DNA of 64,000 nt from an uncultured Candidatus Saccharibacteria bacterium. GTDB taxonomy: Bacteria > Patescibacteriota > Minisyncoccia > Phycocordibacterales > UBA2100. The stretch covers positions 33,913 through 97,912 of the forward strand of contig CAYSUJ010000001.1 of the NCBI GenBank assembly GCA_964434285.1, read 5' to 3'. This document shows, one piece after another, positions 1-9,350 of this stretch; within the stretch, counting starts at the first letter, position 1; the number at the start of each line of letters is the position of its first letter. The position numbers were made by a program, and so were the translations under genes. A model generated the notes under the pieces. That model was not told where the DNA came from, did no database searches, and was given only the letters and a program-made list of their open reading frames with translations.

Positions 1-1040
1 AGGCTGCAATGCAAACAACCGAAGCTGAACTCGAAACAGTGATGCAGGAGTGGCGCGGTCTCATGGTGCGTGTACCGAACGTCCCCGACATGACCGTCCC
101 CGAGGGCGAATCCGACGCCGACAACCAGGAGGTAAAGACCTGGGGCGACATTCCGGCATTCGCTTTTGAACCAAAGAGCGCGACAGAGCTCCTCGCGATG
201 CACGACATGGTGGATCTCGAGCGTGGTGCAAAGGTTGCGGGCTTCAGAGGCTACTTCTTAAAGAACGATGGCGTGCGCCTCGTCTGGGCACTCGAGCGCT
301 TTGTCCAGGATCGCTTTATGCATCGCGAAGGTTTCCAGCCTATGATTGTGCCTTCCATGGTGCGTCGCGAGCCATTTGTCGGTACTGGCTATCTTCCGCA
401 GAGCGAGGATGATCTTTATAAGACACAGGATGGCGATTATCTTGCCGGCACCGCAGAAGTTGCCATGATGGGTTACTTTATGGACGAGATTCTTGAAAAA
501 AAGGATCTCCCACTCAAGTATTTCGCGTTTAGCCCATGCTTCCGACGCGAGGCTGGTTCACATGGCAAAGACGAGAAAGGCATCTTCCGTGTGCATGAAT
601 TCGTGAAATACGAACAGGTGATTCTCTGCGAGGCGCGTCACGAAGAGAGTGTGAAGCATCACGAAGAGCTCACGGAGAATTCAGAAAAACTCCTGCAAGA
701 ATTAAAGCTCCCATATCACGTCGTCGTGAACTGTGGCGGTGACATCGGGCTCGGGCAGGTGAAGAAGTATGATATTGAGGCGTGGATGCCATCAGAAAAA
801 CGTTACCGCGAAACGCACTCGTCATCCTATTTCCACGATTTCCAAACGCGTCGCTTGAATATTCGCTATCGCGACGACGACGGAGCGGTGAAATTCGTAC
901 ACTCCCTCAACAACACAGCGCTCGCACTTCCGCGCATCCTCGCGCACATTGTTGAGAACAACCAACAAGCAGACGGCTCTATTGCCGTGCCTGAGGTCCT
1001 CAGGACATATCTAGGGAAAGATGTCATTGCACGCACGTAA
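1..1040 (+). CDS. serS: seryl-tRNA synthetase, 5'-partial (N-terminal coiled-coil lies upstream of window)
   Basis: ORF is open to the window edge in the frame of the 9..1040 ORF. Class II aaRS core is present with FRVHEF (motif 2-like) and the C-terminal SerRS motif 3 region. Confidence 0.85.
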   Translation, partial: AAMQTTEAELETVMQEWRGLMVRVPNVPDMTVPEGESDADNQEVKTWGDIPAFAFEPKSATELLAMHDMVDLERGAKVAGFRGYFLKNDGVRLVWALERFVQDRFMHREGFQPMIVPSMVRREPFVGTGYLPQSEDDLYKTQDGDYLAGTAEVAMMGYFMDEILEKKDLPLKYFAFSPCFRREAGSHGKDEKGIFRVHEFVKYEQVILCEARHEESVKHHEELTENSEKLLQELKLPYHVVVNCGGDIGLGQVKKYDIEAWMPSEKRYRETHSSSYFHDFQTRRLNIRYRDDDGAVKFVHSLNNTALALPRILAHIVENNQQADGSIAVPEVLRTYLGKDVIART

Positions 1041-1932
1041 CGTTCTCGATATACGCAAGCCTGCAAAGCCTGCGATAAGCCGTGCGCGAGCGCGTGTTCA
1101 TATGGCGCCATTGTTTTCTCACCATAAGCAGCCGCGCCTTCGTGTGCGCAAACGCAAACAGCGTTTAATCATATTTTTGATGTGCGTATCATTCCTGGCT
1201 GTATTGGTTGTGCTCCTCGGTTACGTGTCGCACATGAAGCGACTGCAGATTTCAGACATCATGGTTTCGGGAGTTTTACGAATTCCTGAAAATGCCATTC
1301 GCGACTCTATAAAAACAACGTTGGCTGAGGATTGGTTTTCGCTCTTCTCAAAACGAAATCTATTTTTGTATCCACGAGAGAGTATTGAGGCCACACTCTC
1401 TCAGGATTTTCCACGCATTCAACACGTACAGATTTCGCGCGAATCGCTCCTTGCACAGACTATGACTGTTACAGTGCGTGAGCGGGAATCTTTTGCGCTT
1501 TGGTGTGGGCAAGGGTCATGCTTTCTCATGGATGATAAGGGATACGTGTTTGCTGAGGGAAATGATGTTCTTTCTGGCTATTTCTTTCGCGGCGGACTTA
1601 TGCCCGACACGCCGCCTGTCGGACAATCGTTTTTGCTCGGATACTTTGCAGATATGCGCACGTTTCTGGATATGCTTACTGCCGAAGGGTTTCCGCCTCG
1701 TGAGATCATAATCGAGAATGATACTGACTTTTCCGTTGCACTCTCTCCGGGGTTTAGTGCTCGTTTTTCTTTTGCTCACGCAAACGAAAATGCTGTCCGA
1801 AATTTGAAAACGGCGCTTGAAAGCGAGGCGCTGCGAGGTAAGGAAGATGAGATTGAAGTTGTTGATGTTCGTTTTGAGAACAAGGTCTATTACACATTCA
1901 AGGGTACACAAAACGAAAGCGGCAATCTGTAA
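1021..1932 (+). CDS. ftsQ: cell division protein FtsQ/DivIB-like (basic N-terminus, single TM, POTRA-like domain)
   Basis: 303-aa ORF overlapping the serS stop. It has a TM segment LIIFLMCVSFLAVLVVLLGYV followed by a POTRA-like region. The exact start is uncertain. Confidence 0.5.
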   Translation: MSLHARNVLDIRKPAKPAISRARARVHMAPLFSHHKQPRLRVRKRKQRLIIFLMCVSFLAVLVVLLGYVSHMKRLQISDIMVSGVLRIPENAIRDSIKTTLAEDWFSLFSKRNLFLYPRESIEATLSQDFPRIQHVQISRESLLAQTMTVTVRERESFALWCGQGSCFLMDDKGYVFAEGNDVLSGYFFRGGLMPDTPPVGQSFLLGYFADMRTFLDMLTAEGFPPREIIIENDTDFSVALSPGFSARFSFAHANENAVRNLKTALESEALRGKEDEIEVVDVRFENKVYYTFKGTQNESGNL

Positions 1933-1951
1933 TTGCCGCTTCTGAATTCTT

Positions 1952-2179
1952 CTAGTTTCGCCAGGCGAATCGAGTGAGTGCGCGGAGAGGTGCGGAGATG
2001 GTGATCGCAGCGTAGCGAAGCAGTACTCGAAGTGACGCGCGAGACTGTTGCAAAAGTGGCTGGTGCGGATCGAGCTCACCGAAGCCGTGGTTATCAAACT
2101 CTCGTGCCGCAAATTCTGGAGAGATAGTTGGTTTTTTCTCTGGAACAAGAGCATCTTCCAGTTCGTCAAATCCACACAT
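1952..2179 (-). CDS. hypothetical small protein (75 aa)
   Basis: Minus-strand ORF with a canonical AAGGAG Shine-Dalgarno sequence 6 nt upstream of the ATG. It sits in the 314-bp gap between ftsQ and dus. No recognisable domain. Confidence 0.35.
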   Translation of the reverse strand: MCGFDELEDALVPEKKPTISPEFAAREFDNHGFGELDPHQPLLQQSRASLRVLLRYAAITISAPLRALTRFAWRN

Positions 2180-2261
2180 GGCAGACTCCTTGGGTTACTT
2201 TGCTTGCGTGCCGTTTCCTTTGGATATCTTGCAATGACTCGCCAAAGTGCGCAAGGGTGTT

Positions 2262-3242
2262 ATGGTACTATCGATGCGTAATTTTTGGATAGACCTGCCA
2301 CGGCCCTTTTTCGTCCAAGCGCCTATGGAGAACGTCACGGACGCGGCCTTTCGACGGCTCATTGCGCAGATGGGAAGGCCCGACGTTATGTACACCGAGT
2401 TCACTTCGGCAGACGGTCTCGTTCTCGCCCCCGAGCATGGGCAAAAGGTTCTCCATGCGAAACTTGCGTTTTCTCCGGAAGAACGTCCGATCGTCGCCCA
2501 ACTTTTTTCTGCAGTTCCCGAACGAATGGAAGCTGCGGCACGCATTGTTGCGAAGCTTGGGTTCGACGGCATCGACATTAACATGGGATGTCCAGATAAA
2601 GCGGTGGAGAAAAGCGGTAGTGGCGCAGCGCTCATCAAGAATCCGAGTCTCGCTCGCGCACTTATTCGCGCAGCAGAGCGCGGCAGTGAGTCAGTCGGCA
2701 GGCCGTTACCTATTTCAGTTAAGACTCGCATTGGTTATTCTACCGAGGAAATAGATACCTGGCTTCCTGCATTATTCTCGGAGAACATCGCCAACCTTTC
2801 GCTTCACCTAAGGACGCGCACAGAGATGTCAGATGTGCCAGCACATTGGGAGCTCATGCCGCGCATTGTGTCGCTGCGTGATCATTTGAATCCCGGCACC
2901 CTCATCACTGGAAACGGCGACGTGCACGACCTTGCCGATGCCCGAGCAAAAGCACAGGCAACCAGGTGCGATGGCGTCATGCTCGGACGTGCGATTTACG
3001 GATATCCCTGGCTCTATGCTGGACGCGTCACTCAACCATCACCGGAAGAGCGCATCGCCGCGCTTGCCGAACACATACGCATATTTGATGAGTTGCTTGG
3101 CGACTTCACAAACTTTGCTACCATGAAAAAACACTTTAAAGCCTACCTCTCAGGCTGGGATCATGCGAAGGAATTACGGTCTCAGATGATGCGGACAACA
3201 TCGGCGGTACAGGCACTTGCGTTTCTTCAGTCAAGACTATAG
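2262..3242 (+). CDS. tRNA-dihydrouridine synthase (DusB-like TIM barrel)
   Basis: Dus family N-terminus: LAPMENVTDAAFRRL...MYTEF. An alternative GTG start lies at 2247. Confidence 0.8.
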   Translation: MVLSMRNFWIDLPRPFFVQAPMENVTDAAFRRLIAQMGRPDVMYTEFTSADGLVLAPEHGQKVLHAKLAFSPEERPIVAQLFSAVPERMEAAARIVAKLGFDGIDINMGCPDKAVEKSGSGAALIKNPSLARALIRAAERGSESVGRPLPISVKTRIGYSTEEIDTWLPALFSENIANLSLHLRTRTEMSDVPAHWELMPRIVSLRDHLNPGTLITGNGDVHDLADARAKAQATRCDGVMLGRAIYGYPWLYAGRVTQPSPEERIAALAEHIRIFDELLGDFTNFATMKKHFKAYLSGWDHAKELRSQMMRTTSAVQALAFLQSRL

Positions 3243-3275
3243 TCTCTGACCAGGTCTTTTAAGGGAGAATCACCA

Positions 3276-3626
3276 ATGCGGGATATCGACTTGGACTATG
3301 TGGCCTCGGTTGTGTTGCATACCATGGAAACCGGACAGAATAGCATCACCGTACTGGATCTTGCTGAGATGAGGGGAGTCGATCCGTGCGTCGTTCGTAG
3401 GTATTTGAGGAGAAAACCGTCGATGGTTGCGCTCCTCGGTGTGAGAACACATACGGAAGAGCTGTATGCGCTGTACTGTACTTACGCAGCATTACTGCGC
3501 GCGAGCGGAAAGCGCGTCACAAGCCGCCATCTCGCTGACGTCCTTAATCGCTCCTCTATTGTTGTGAAGCGCTACATGGCAGCGCATCCTGATCTTGCTC
3601 AGATGATTGGCTGGACCGATAGGTGA
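3276..3626 (+). CDS. hypothetical protein, possible HTH
   Basis: 116-aa ORF with an AAGGGAG-like RBS. No confident family. It is followed by a hairpin. Confidence 0.45.
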   Translation: MRDIDLDYVASVVLHTMETGQNSITVLDLAEMRGVDPCVVRRYLRRKPSMVALLGVRTHTEELYALYCTYAALLRASGKRVTSRHLADVLNRSSIVVKRYMAAHPDLAQMIGWTDR

Positions 3627-3652
3627 AAGCCCGCCCGCATAAAGCGGGCTTT
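3627..3652 (+). terminator. stem-loop AAAGCCCGC-cgcataaa-GCGGGCTTT downstream of the 3276..3626 ORF
   Basis: 9-bp inverted repeat directly after the stop codon. The U-tract is weak. Confidence 0.45.
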
Positions 3653-3669
3653 CTGCTACAATAGCCACC

Positions 3670-4713
3670 ATGTCTGCAAAAAAAGAGCACCAAACCCTCT
3701 ATCGCGCGTATCGGCCGCAGGAGTGGGACGCTGTGCGCGGGCAGAATCATGTCACCCATACACTGCAGGCGGCTATTAAGAACAAGAAAATCGGTCATGC
3801 GTATCTCTTCCATGGAGGTCGCGGGACAGGAAAGACGACCGTTGCGCGTATTCTCGCTCGAGAGCTCGGTGTTTCCGACAAGGATCTCTATGAGATTGAT
3901 GCGGCGTCGAATCGTGGCATTAATGAAATGAGGGAGTTGCGCGAAGGTGTCTACGCAATGCCATTTGAGAGTCCCTACAAGTGCTACATCATCGATGAGG
4001 CGCACATGCTCACCAAAGAAGCGTGGAACGCGTTCCTCAAAACGCTCGAGGAGCCACCTGCACATGCCCTTTTCATCCTCGCGACAACGGAACGCGAGAA
4101 GGTGCCTGACACAATTCAATCTCGGTGCGAAGTGTATGCGTTTAAGCAGCCAACGCGTGAAATGCTCGCCGAAATCGTGACGGACGTCGCAAAAAAGGAG
4201 GGCTATGGAATGGAGCGAGGTGCGGCAGAGCTCGTCGCCATGCTCGCTGATGGCTCGTTCCGCGATGCGCTCTCAATTCTCCAGAAAGTACTCGCTGTTT
4301 CGTCCGATAAAAAAGTAAATGTAGAGGAAGCGCTGACCGTGACCGGCGCGCCAAAGAGCGAGGTCGTGCGGCAAATACTTGGTTCCTTGGTGCATAGTGA
4401 CGCCGCCGCTGCACTCGCTGCTCTTCAGAAAGCCGTGCGGGACAACATCGACATGCGCGTTCTCGCGCGTCTCTTGATTCATCGCTTGCGCGTCGTACTG
4501 CTCATGCGTTTTGCTCCAGAACTTGCCGATTCGTTCGCGCACGAGCTTTCTGAAGAGGATGTTGCGTTTGTGCAGGGACTTGCAAAAGTTCCTGCAGTCA
4601 ATTCGGACATGCTCCGTATGCTCCTTGAGGCGCATGCCACGATGGCCTATGCCGCGCTTCCGCACCTGCCGCTCGAGCTCGCGATTATCGATATCTGCGC
4701 GGTGAAGGAATAG
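3670..4713 (+). CDS. dnaX: DNA polymerase III subunit gamma/tau (short form, 347 aa)
   Basis: AAA+ clamp-loader motifs are present: GGRGTGKTT (Walker A), IIDEAHML (Walker B region) and the SRC motif. Confidence 0.85.
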   Translation: MSAKKEHQTLYRAYRPQEWDAVRGQNHVTHTLQAAIKNKKIGHAYLFHGGRGTGKTTVARILARELGVSDKDLYEIDAASNRGINEMRELREGVYAMPFESPYKCYIIDEAHMLTKEAWNAFLKTLEEPPAHALFILATTEREKVPDTIQSRCEVYAFKQPTREMLAEIVTDVAKKEGYGMERGAAELVAMLADGSFRDALSILQKVLAVSSDKKVNVEEALTVTGAPKSEVVRQILGSLVHSDAAAALAALQKAVRDNIDMRVLARLLIHRLRVVLLMRFAPELADSFAHELSEEDVAFVQGLAKVPAVNSDMLRMLLEAHATMAYAALPHLPLELAIIDICAVKE

Positions 4714-4714
4714 T

Positions 4715-4990
4715 ATGCCAGTCACCATCCACAATCATCTCATCGACAAGCTCGCGGTCTTCACGGGAACGATATCGGCGATCGCACTTCTACCACAAGT
4801 CTGGCTGATACTCGGAGCGACGTCGTTCGAGTACTTCTCGCCAATAACTTTAGTGGTGATATTCCTCAACAGCATCGTATGGCTTGCATATGCGATCCAT
4901 CGACAACTCATCTCTCTCGCACTTCCTTCCATCATCAACATCCTCTCGACGGGTGCGGTGGTCGTGAAAATCGTGTCGCTAGTGTTGTAG
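4715..4990 (+). CDS. PQ-loop / SemiSWEET-like small membrane transporter (91 aa, 3 predicted TM)
   Basis: Starts 1 nt after the dnaX stop, suggesting translational coupling. LLPQVW PQ-motif in the first TM. Size and topology fit a SemiSWEET. Confidence 0.5.
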   Translation: MPVTIHNHLIDKLAVFTGTISAIALLPQVWLILGATSFEYFSPITLVVIFLNSIVWLAYAIHRQLISLALPSIINILSTGAVVVKIVSLVL

Positions 4991-5036
4991 TGTGGATAAG
5001 GTCGAAAATAGACTGTAGGAATGGTATCCTACCTTT

Positions 5037-5717
5037 GTGAAAAAGGAGCAGTACCACAAAGCCATTACCATGCGAAAAGAAGGAAAGACGTATGGTGAAA
5101 TACTCGAAGCGGTGCCTGTTGCAAAATCCACGCTTTCCCTTTGGCTTCGGTCTGTTGGTTTGGCGAACATACAAAAGCAGCGCATAACCCGCAAAAGAAA
5201 GGAAGCTCAACGTAGAGGGGCAGAGAGCAGGCATAGGGCTCGAATGCGTCAGATTGAAAACTTATTACGTGAGGGGCGAGGAGAAGTCGGTGCTATTACT
5301 GAACGAGAATTATGGCTTATTGGGGCGGCCTTATACTGGGCAGAAGGGGCCAAGCAACATCCACATAACCCGAGTGTTGGTGTGATATTCTCGAATTCCG
5401 ATGCCGCGATGCATCGTTGTTTTTTGAAATGGCTCTCATTGGTTCGCGTCCCCAGCCATGACGTTGCGTTCGAACTGTTTGTTCATGAAACTCGCGCAAA
5501 GGACGTCCTGGTATTTCAGAAATGGTGGGAGGGCCAACTGCATCTCGTTCGTCATACTATAAAAACAGTGTATCTTAAGTCCGGATCTGTAAAGACAAAC
5601 AGGCATAATACTGATGACTTGTACCACGGACTATTACGGATTAAAGTTGCAGGGAGCACGTCTTTGAATCGAAAGATTCAGGGTTGGATAGAGGGAATTG
5701 CACGATGTGCGGAATAA
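5037..5717 (+). CDS. hypothetical protein with N-terminal resolvase-like HTH
   Basis: HTH segment TYGEILEAVPVAKSTLSLWL. Start is GTG (ORF track). The gene ends 1 nt before tRNA-Gln. Confidence 0.45.
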   Translation: MKKEQYHKAITMRKEGKTYGEILEAVPVAKSTLSLWLRSVGLANIQKQRITRKRKEAQRRGAESRHRARMRQIENLLREGRGEVGAITERELWLIGAALYWAEGAKQHPHNPSVGVIFSNSDAAMHRCFLKWLSLVRVPSHDVAFELFVHETRAKDVLVFQKWWEGQLHLVRHTIKTVYLKSGSVKTNRHNTDDLYHGLLRIKVAGSTSLNRKIQGWIEGIARCAE

Positions 5718-5718
5718 C

Positions 5719-5789
5719 TGCCGGGTCGTCTAATGGTAGGACTCCAGGTTTTGGTCCTGGCTATTTTGGTTCGAGTCCAAACCCGGCAA
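5719..5789 (+). tRNA. tRNA-Gln (anticodon TTG)
   Basis: Cloverleaf folded by hand. Acceptor is TGCCGGG/CCCGGCA with U1:A72. D-stem GTCT/GGAC. Anticodon stem CCAGG/CCTGG with loop TTTTGGT. T-arm TTTGG-TTCGAGT-CCAAA. CCA is not encoded. Confidence 0.85.
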
Positions 5790-5799
5790 CTTGTAAGGT

Positions 5800-6253
5800 A
5801 GACTGTATCGATGGTGGAAAAACACAGGGCACGAATCGCGTCATACGTCATTTTCGAGCACGGGGGAAAGACATTACTGGCACGATGCTTTCGGACGGGG
5901 TATAAGGACGGTTTCTATCAGATGCCGTCTGACACGTAGAGAATCATGAATATCCCCCAGCAGCTGCAATTCGGGAAGTTAAAGAAGAGGTTGGTGTGGA
6001 TATCGACCCGGAGGATTTGAGATTTCTACACGCCTCATATCGCGTAAATACTGACAAAGCGGGGGACTATGTTGATTTTTTCTTCGCAACCAACAAATGG
6101 AACGGGGATATTGTTAACGCTGATCCAGAAAAGTGCGACGAACTCATCTGGGTATCGCTTGATCAACTCCCTGACAATACAGTGCCGGCCATAAAAGAGG
6201 CTGTCGCTTTCATCCTACACAATACGCCTTTCTCGGAAAATGGGCGGACGTAA
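5800..6253 (+). pseudogene. Nudix hydrolase, disrupted (frameshift or stop near 5905-5932)
   Basis: The C-terminal frame (5933..6253) encodes the Nudix box remnant HVENHEYPPAAAIREVKEEVGV but is truncated by an in-frame TGA at 5930. The N-terminal part lies in another frame (..RGKDITGTMLSDGV*). Confidence 0.5.
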
Positions 6254-6452
6254 TGATGCTCACGCCGTCGCTTGATCAATTTTAAAGCGAATCCTTCGTA
6301 TTGGTGGAACGAGTATGCTTGTGAGGGCGGGAATACCAAGGCGTGGAGCGGCAATACCGTCGCTCATTGGGACGTGCCTGTGGAAATCATGCCGTTTACG
6401 CAAAACTCTTAATGTATACTGAATTGATACTGGCATTTACGGACTCACACTT

Positions 6453-6899
6453 ATGGCCATTATCACGCACGGCACGTATAAGTATCCCTTTATAATCAGG
6501 TGGTTAGTCGGCGCGCCACTCGTCTGGCTTATGATCGTACCTGTCGTTATCTCTGACATTTTTCTTGAAATCTATCATCGGATTGCTTTCCCGATTTTTG
6601 GCATCAAGCTCGTGAAGCGAAGCCAGTATATTCGGGTTTTGGATCGGGAAAAATTGCCGTACCTCACGTGGTATGAGAAAGCGGGGTGCGTGTACTGTGG
6701 CTATGTGAATGGGTGGCTCCATTACGCGTCTGTTATTGCAGGGCGAACACAAAATTATTTCTGTGCGATTGCGCATCTTGAATCACGCGGCTTTATTCCT
6801 TCAGAATATGAAAAATCATTTGCGAAGTACGGCGACGAAGCGGCGTTGCGTCGACGATACGAGCAGCATTATCGGGATTACGGTGCAGGAATAGAATGA
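6453..6899 (+). CDS. hypothetical membrane protein (2 N-terminal TM segments plus a Cys-containing soluble domain)
   Basis: 148-aa ORF. Its stop overlaps the start region of the downstream patatin gene (tga at 6897, ATG at 6901). Confidence 0.5.
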   Translation: MAIITHGTYKYPFIIRWLVGAPLVWLMIVPVVISDIFLEIYHRIAFPIFGIKLVKRSQYIRVLDREKLPYLTWYEKAGCVYCGYVNGWLHYASVIAGRTQNYFCAIAHLESRGFIPSEYEKSFAKYGDEAALRRRYEQHYRDYGAGIE

Positions 6900-6900
6900 T

Positions 6901-7845
6901 ATGCAGGTAGCAAGCGAGGAGCGCGCTGATAGGCCGCTCGTGGTCTACTTCAGTGCAGGTGCAATGTCAGGCGTATTCAGTGCTGGCTTATCGAAGGCGT
7001 TTGCTGAGGCGGATCTGACGCGCTACATCGACAGTGTCTATGGAAACTCTGCTGGCGGTTTTACCGCGCTTTGTTTCCTTGCCAATCAAGTTGAGCAAGG
7101 TGCGGCGATGTACTGGGAGGACCTCAGTGGGGATAAGTACATTAAGTGGTCGCGACTTCCAAAGTATGTGCTGAAAGGCTTTTCGAATAAGCTCTTTCAT
7201 ACGCGATTCGAACTAGAGCCAGTGTTTGATATCGACTATATAGAACATATACTTCTTACACGAAGAAAGATAGATTTTTCTGCAATCAAGAGCACCGGAG
7301 CGCGGCTCTTTATGATCGTGTACAACCTCAAGAAAAGCGTACATGAGTATCTTGAAGTGAAAGAAGAGGTAGACGTCATTCCTATGCTTCGAGCGACTGG
7401 TGGTGGTCACCCTGCGTACCCGCACTCCGAATTGATACACGGCAACCTGTACGTTGATGGTGGCACGATTGACGACAAGGACCGCATCTTGAGTCTGATT
7501 CGTCGCCACCCTGACAAGGAGATAATTTGCGTGCTTAACAATCCAAAATGGAAACAGGGTGCCTTGATGAACTTCCTCAACAAAACATCGATTGCGGCAG
7601 TGATGTTGCCCTTTTTTGGCATTCGAGAGGCATATAAAACGGCGAATTCAGATTTCGCGACCGTCGATATACAGAAGCTACAACTTGATCATCCCTACTT
7701 ACACTTTATTGGCAATGATCTCAACGGGTACCAAATGAGCACAAACCCAGAGCATCACAAGATGCTGTACCGCAGGGGGTTCGAATTGGGGAGAGAGTTC
7801 ATTCTCTCGCATGCGCTACGTCGTGTGGCGCCCGTTATTGATTAG
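6901..7845 (+). CDS. patatin-like phospholipase family protein
   Basis: GNSAGG (GxSxG nucleophile), YVDGG (catalytic Asp of the Ser-Asp dyad), and an oxyanion-region FSAGAMSG. Confidence 0.75.
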   Translation: MQVASEERADRPLVVYFSAGAMSGVFSAGLSKAFAEADLTRYIDSVYGNSAGGFTALCFLANQVEQGAAMYWEDLSGDKYIKWSRLPKYVLKGFSNKLFHTRFELEPVFDIDYIEHILLTRRKIDFSAIKSTGARLFMIVYNLKKSVHEYLEVKEEVDVIPMLRATGGGHPAYPHSELIHGNLYVDGGTIDDKDRILSLIRRHPDKEIICVLNNPKWKQGALMNFLNKTSIAAVMLPFFGIREAYKTANSDFATVDIQKLQLDHPYLHFIGNDLNGYQMSTNPEHHKMLYRRGFELGREFILSHALRRVAPVID

Positions 7846-8540
7846 ATAATTCCGAGTGACGTCAGAAAAGTGCGCAGCTCAGCGGCTGTGATTGAGCGGT
7901 GCGCACCCGGTTTGAGCCCCGAGAGGTGAATGTTCATGATGCGTACTCGCTCAAGCGTTGCGACGACGTAGCCGAGGGCGGCGCACATGCGGCGGATTTG
8001 GTGTTTTTTGCCTTCGGTGAGGACGATGGAGAACCGTTTTTCGCCGAGAACATTCACACGGCATTCTTTCGTTGTGTAGCCTTCAATGTCGACGCCGTGC
8101 TCCATGCGTTCATTGAAGTTTGATTTCAACGCTTCCTTCGTCGTCACGATATATTCTTTCTCATGCACGTAGTCTGGGTTCAGGAGCTTATCCGTGATCC
8201 TCCCATCATCGGTGAGGATAATGAGGCCACTTGAATCCTTGTCGAGTCGCCCGACGGGGAAGACGCCCTTCACGGGTGAGACATCGGCGATTTCTTTTTC
8301 TCCTTCTTGCGCGGAATGCGTGATGACGCCGCGGGGCTTGTGGTAGGCGTAGTAGCGATAGGTTTTCACGCGAAAACGCACTTGCACATCATCTTTTTCC
8401 TGCACCTTGTCGCCGAGCTTCGCGGGCACGCCATTTATCAGGACCTTTCCGTCTTTGATAAGTGCGTCTGCCTCGCGACGCGTGCAGAGATTCTTGTACG
8501 CAAGATACTTATTAATGCGCATGGGGTATTCGGCGTTCAC
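7842..8540 (-). CDS. pseudouridine synthase, RsuA/RluB family (S4 domain plus catalytic domain)
   Basis: MRINKYLAYKNLCTRREADALIKDGKVLINGV (S4) and GRLDKDSSGLIILTDDG (catalytic Asp motif). Confidence 0.8.
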   Translation of the reverse strand: MNAEYPMRINKYLAYKNLCTRREADALIKDGKVLINGVPAKLGDKVQEKDDVQVRFRVKTYRYYAYHKPRGVITHSAQEGEKEIADVSPVKGVFPVGRLDKDSSGLIILTDDGRITDKLLNPDYVHEKEYIVTTKEALKSNFNERMEHGVDIEGYTTKECRVNVLGEKRFSIVLTEGKKHQIRRMCAALGYVVATLERVRIMNIHLSGLKPGAHRSITAAELRTFLTSLGII

Positions 8541-8596
8541 GCTCGCATCCTAGCACGAGGCTTCCCTCATGCGCAGCTCTTCTGTATACTCTCCCG

Positions 8597-8896
8597 ATGC
8601 ACATCCAAGTCCCGCACAAAAAGCTGAAAAGTGAGGCAAAACAAAAAATTAAGGACGCCATCGAAGAGGCGCGACCGCACATGCAGGGGCAGGTAGAGGT
8701 CACAAGGGAAGAGTGGCAGGACGACACCCTCCATTTCGCCGTGTCGGTACAAGGTAAGGCGATTACGGGAACGCTCCTTGTGACCGAAACAGATTTTGTC
8801 CTTGACGCAAAGCTCCCCTTGATGTGGCGTATGTTTGAAGGGCGTATTCAGAAAGAAGTGACAAAGCAGGTTGAGCAGATGCGCGGTGGGAGGTAA
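8597..8896 (+). CDS. small protein resembling the 'polyhydroxyalkanoic acid system' family (function unknown)
   Basis: 99 aa. The pattern W..D.LHF.....G....GTL.V.......LDAKL matches my recollection of that family. This is memory-based only. Confidence 0.35.
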   Translation: MHIQVPHKKLKSEAKQKIKDAIEEARPHMQGQVEVTREEWQDDTLHFAVSVQGKAITGTLLVTETDFVLDAKLPLMWRMFEGRIQKEVTKQVEQMRGGR

Positions 8897-8927
8897 TATA
8901 CTACTGTACTGCGCGTCTCTTTTCCGT

Positions 8928-9335
8928 ATGTCCATCTTCCAATTCGAACGGATTCTCATAGCCTTCTTTGTGGTTCTCGTGATCAGCATTGCGGGCGTCG
9001 GCGGTTATTTGTGGCACGTCGAATCGCAGGGAATCCCTGTGCCGGAAGCGGAAACGCCAACCGACATTGCAATCATGGAGGGCACCTATGGATGCGTTCC
9101 TCGCATCGATGAGACATCGACGAGCGAGTGTCTGCCGGCCATCAAAATGGGAGGCGAATTTTATGCACTCGATCTTACTCAAGTGATCGAGGCTGGCGGC
9201 ACGCTCAATCTGCGTGTCGGTGAACCTGTCACGGTGGGCGGCATCTTCGTCCCCATCGAAGAGATCTCCACTAACGAATGGGAGGTTTATCGCATTCAGG
9301 GCATCATGAAAGTCGAAGAGCTCACTAGGGAATAG
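8928..9335 (+). CDS. hypothetical membrane-anchored or secreted protein
   Basis: N-terminal hydrophobic segment ILIAFFVVLVISIAGVGGYLW. The track ORF starts at 8871 and the first ATG is at 8928. Confidence 0.4.
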   Translation: MSIFQFERILIAFFVVLVISIAGVGGYLWHVESQGIPVPEAETPTDIAIMEGTYGCVPRIDETSTSECLPAIKMGGEFYALDLTQVIEAGGTLNLRVGEPVTVGGIFVPIEEISTNEWEVYRIQGIMKVEELTRE

Positions 9336-9350
9336 TGGTACTATCAATGC

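Noticed and set aside
1516-2175. 219-aa minus-strand ORF overlapping ftsQ
   Set aside because: It lies antisense within a better-supported gene, and its composition is low-complexity and Arg/Ser-rich. This is a typical spurious ORF in GC-rich DNA.
5037-5717. Possible LAGLIDADG homing endonuclease (LIGAALYWAEGAK) next to tRNA-Gln
   Set aside because: The segment does not align to the LAGLIDADG consensus (LxGxxDGDG) on closer inspection. Only the N-terminal HTH is supportable.
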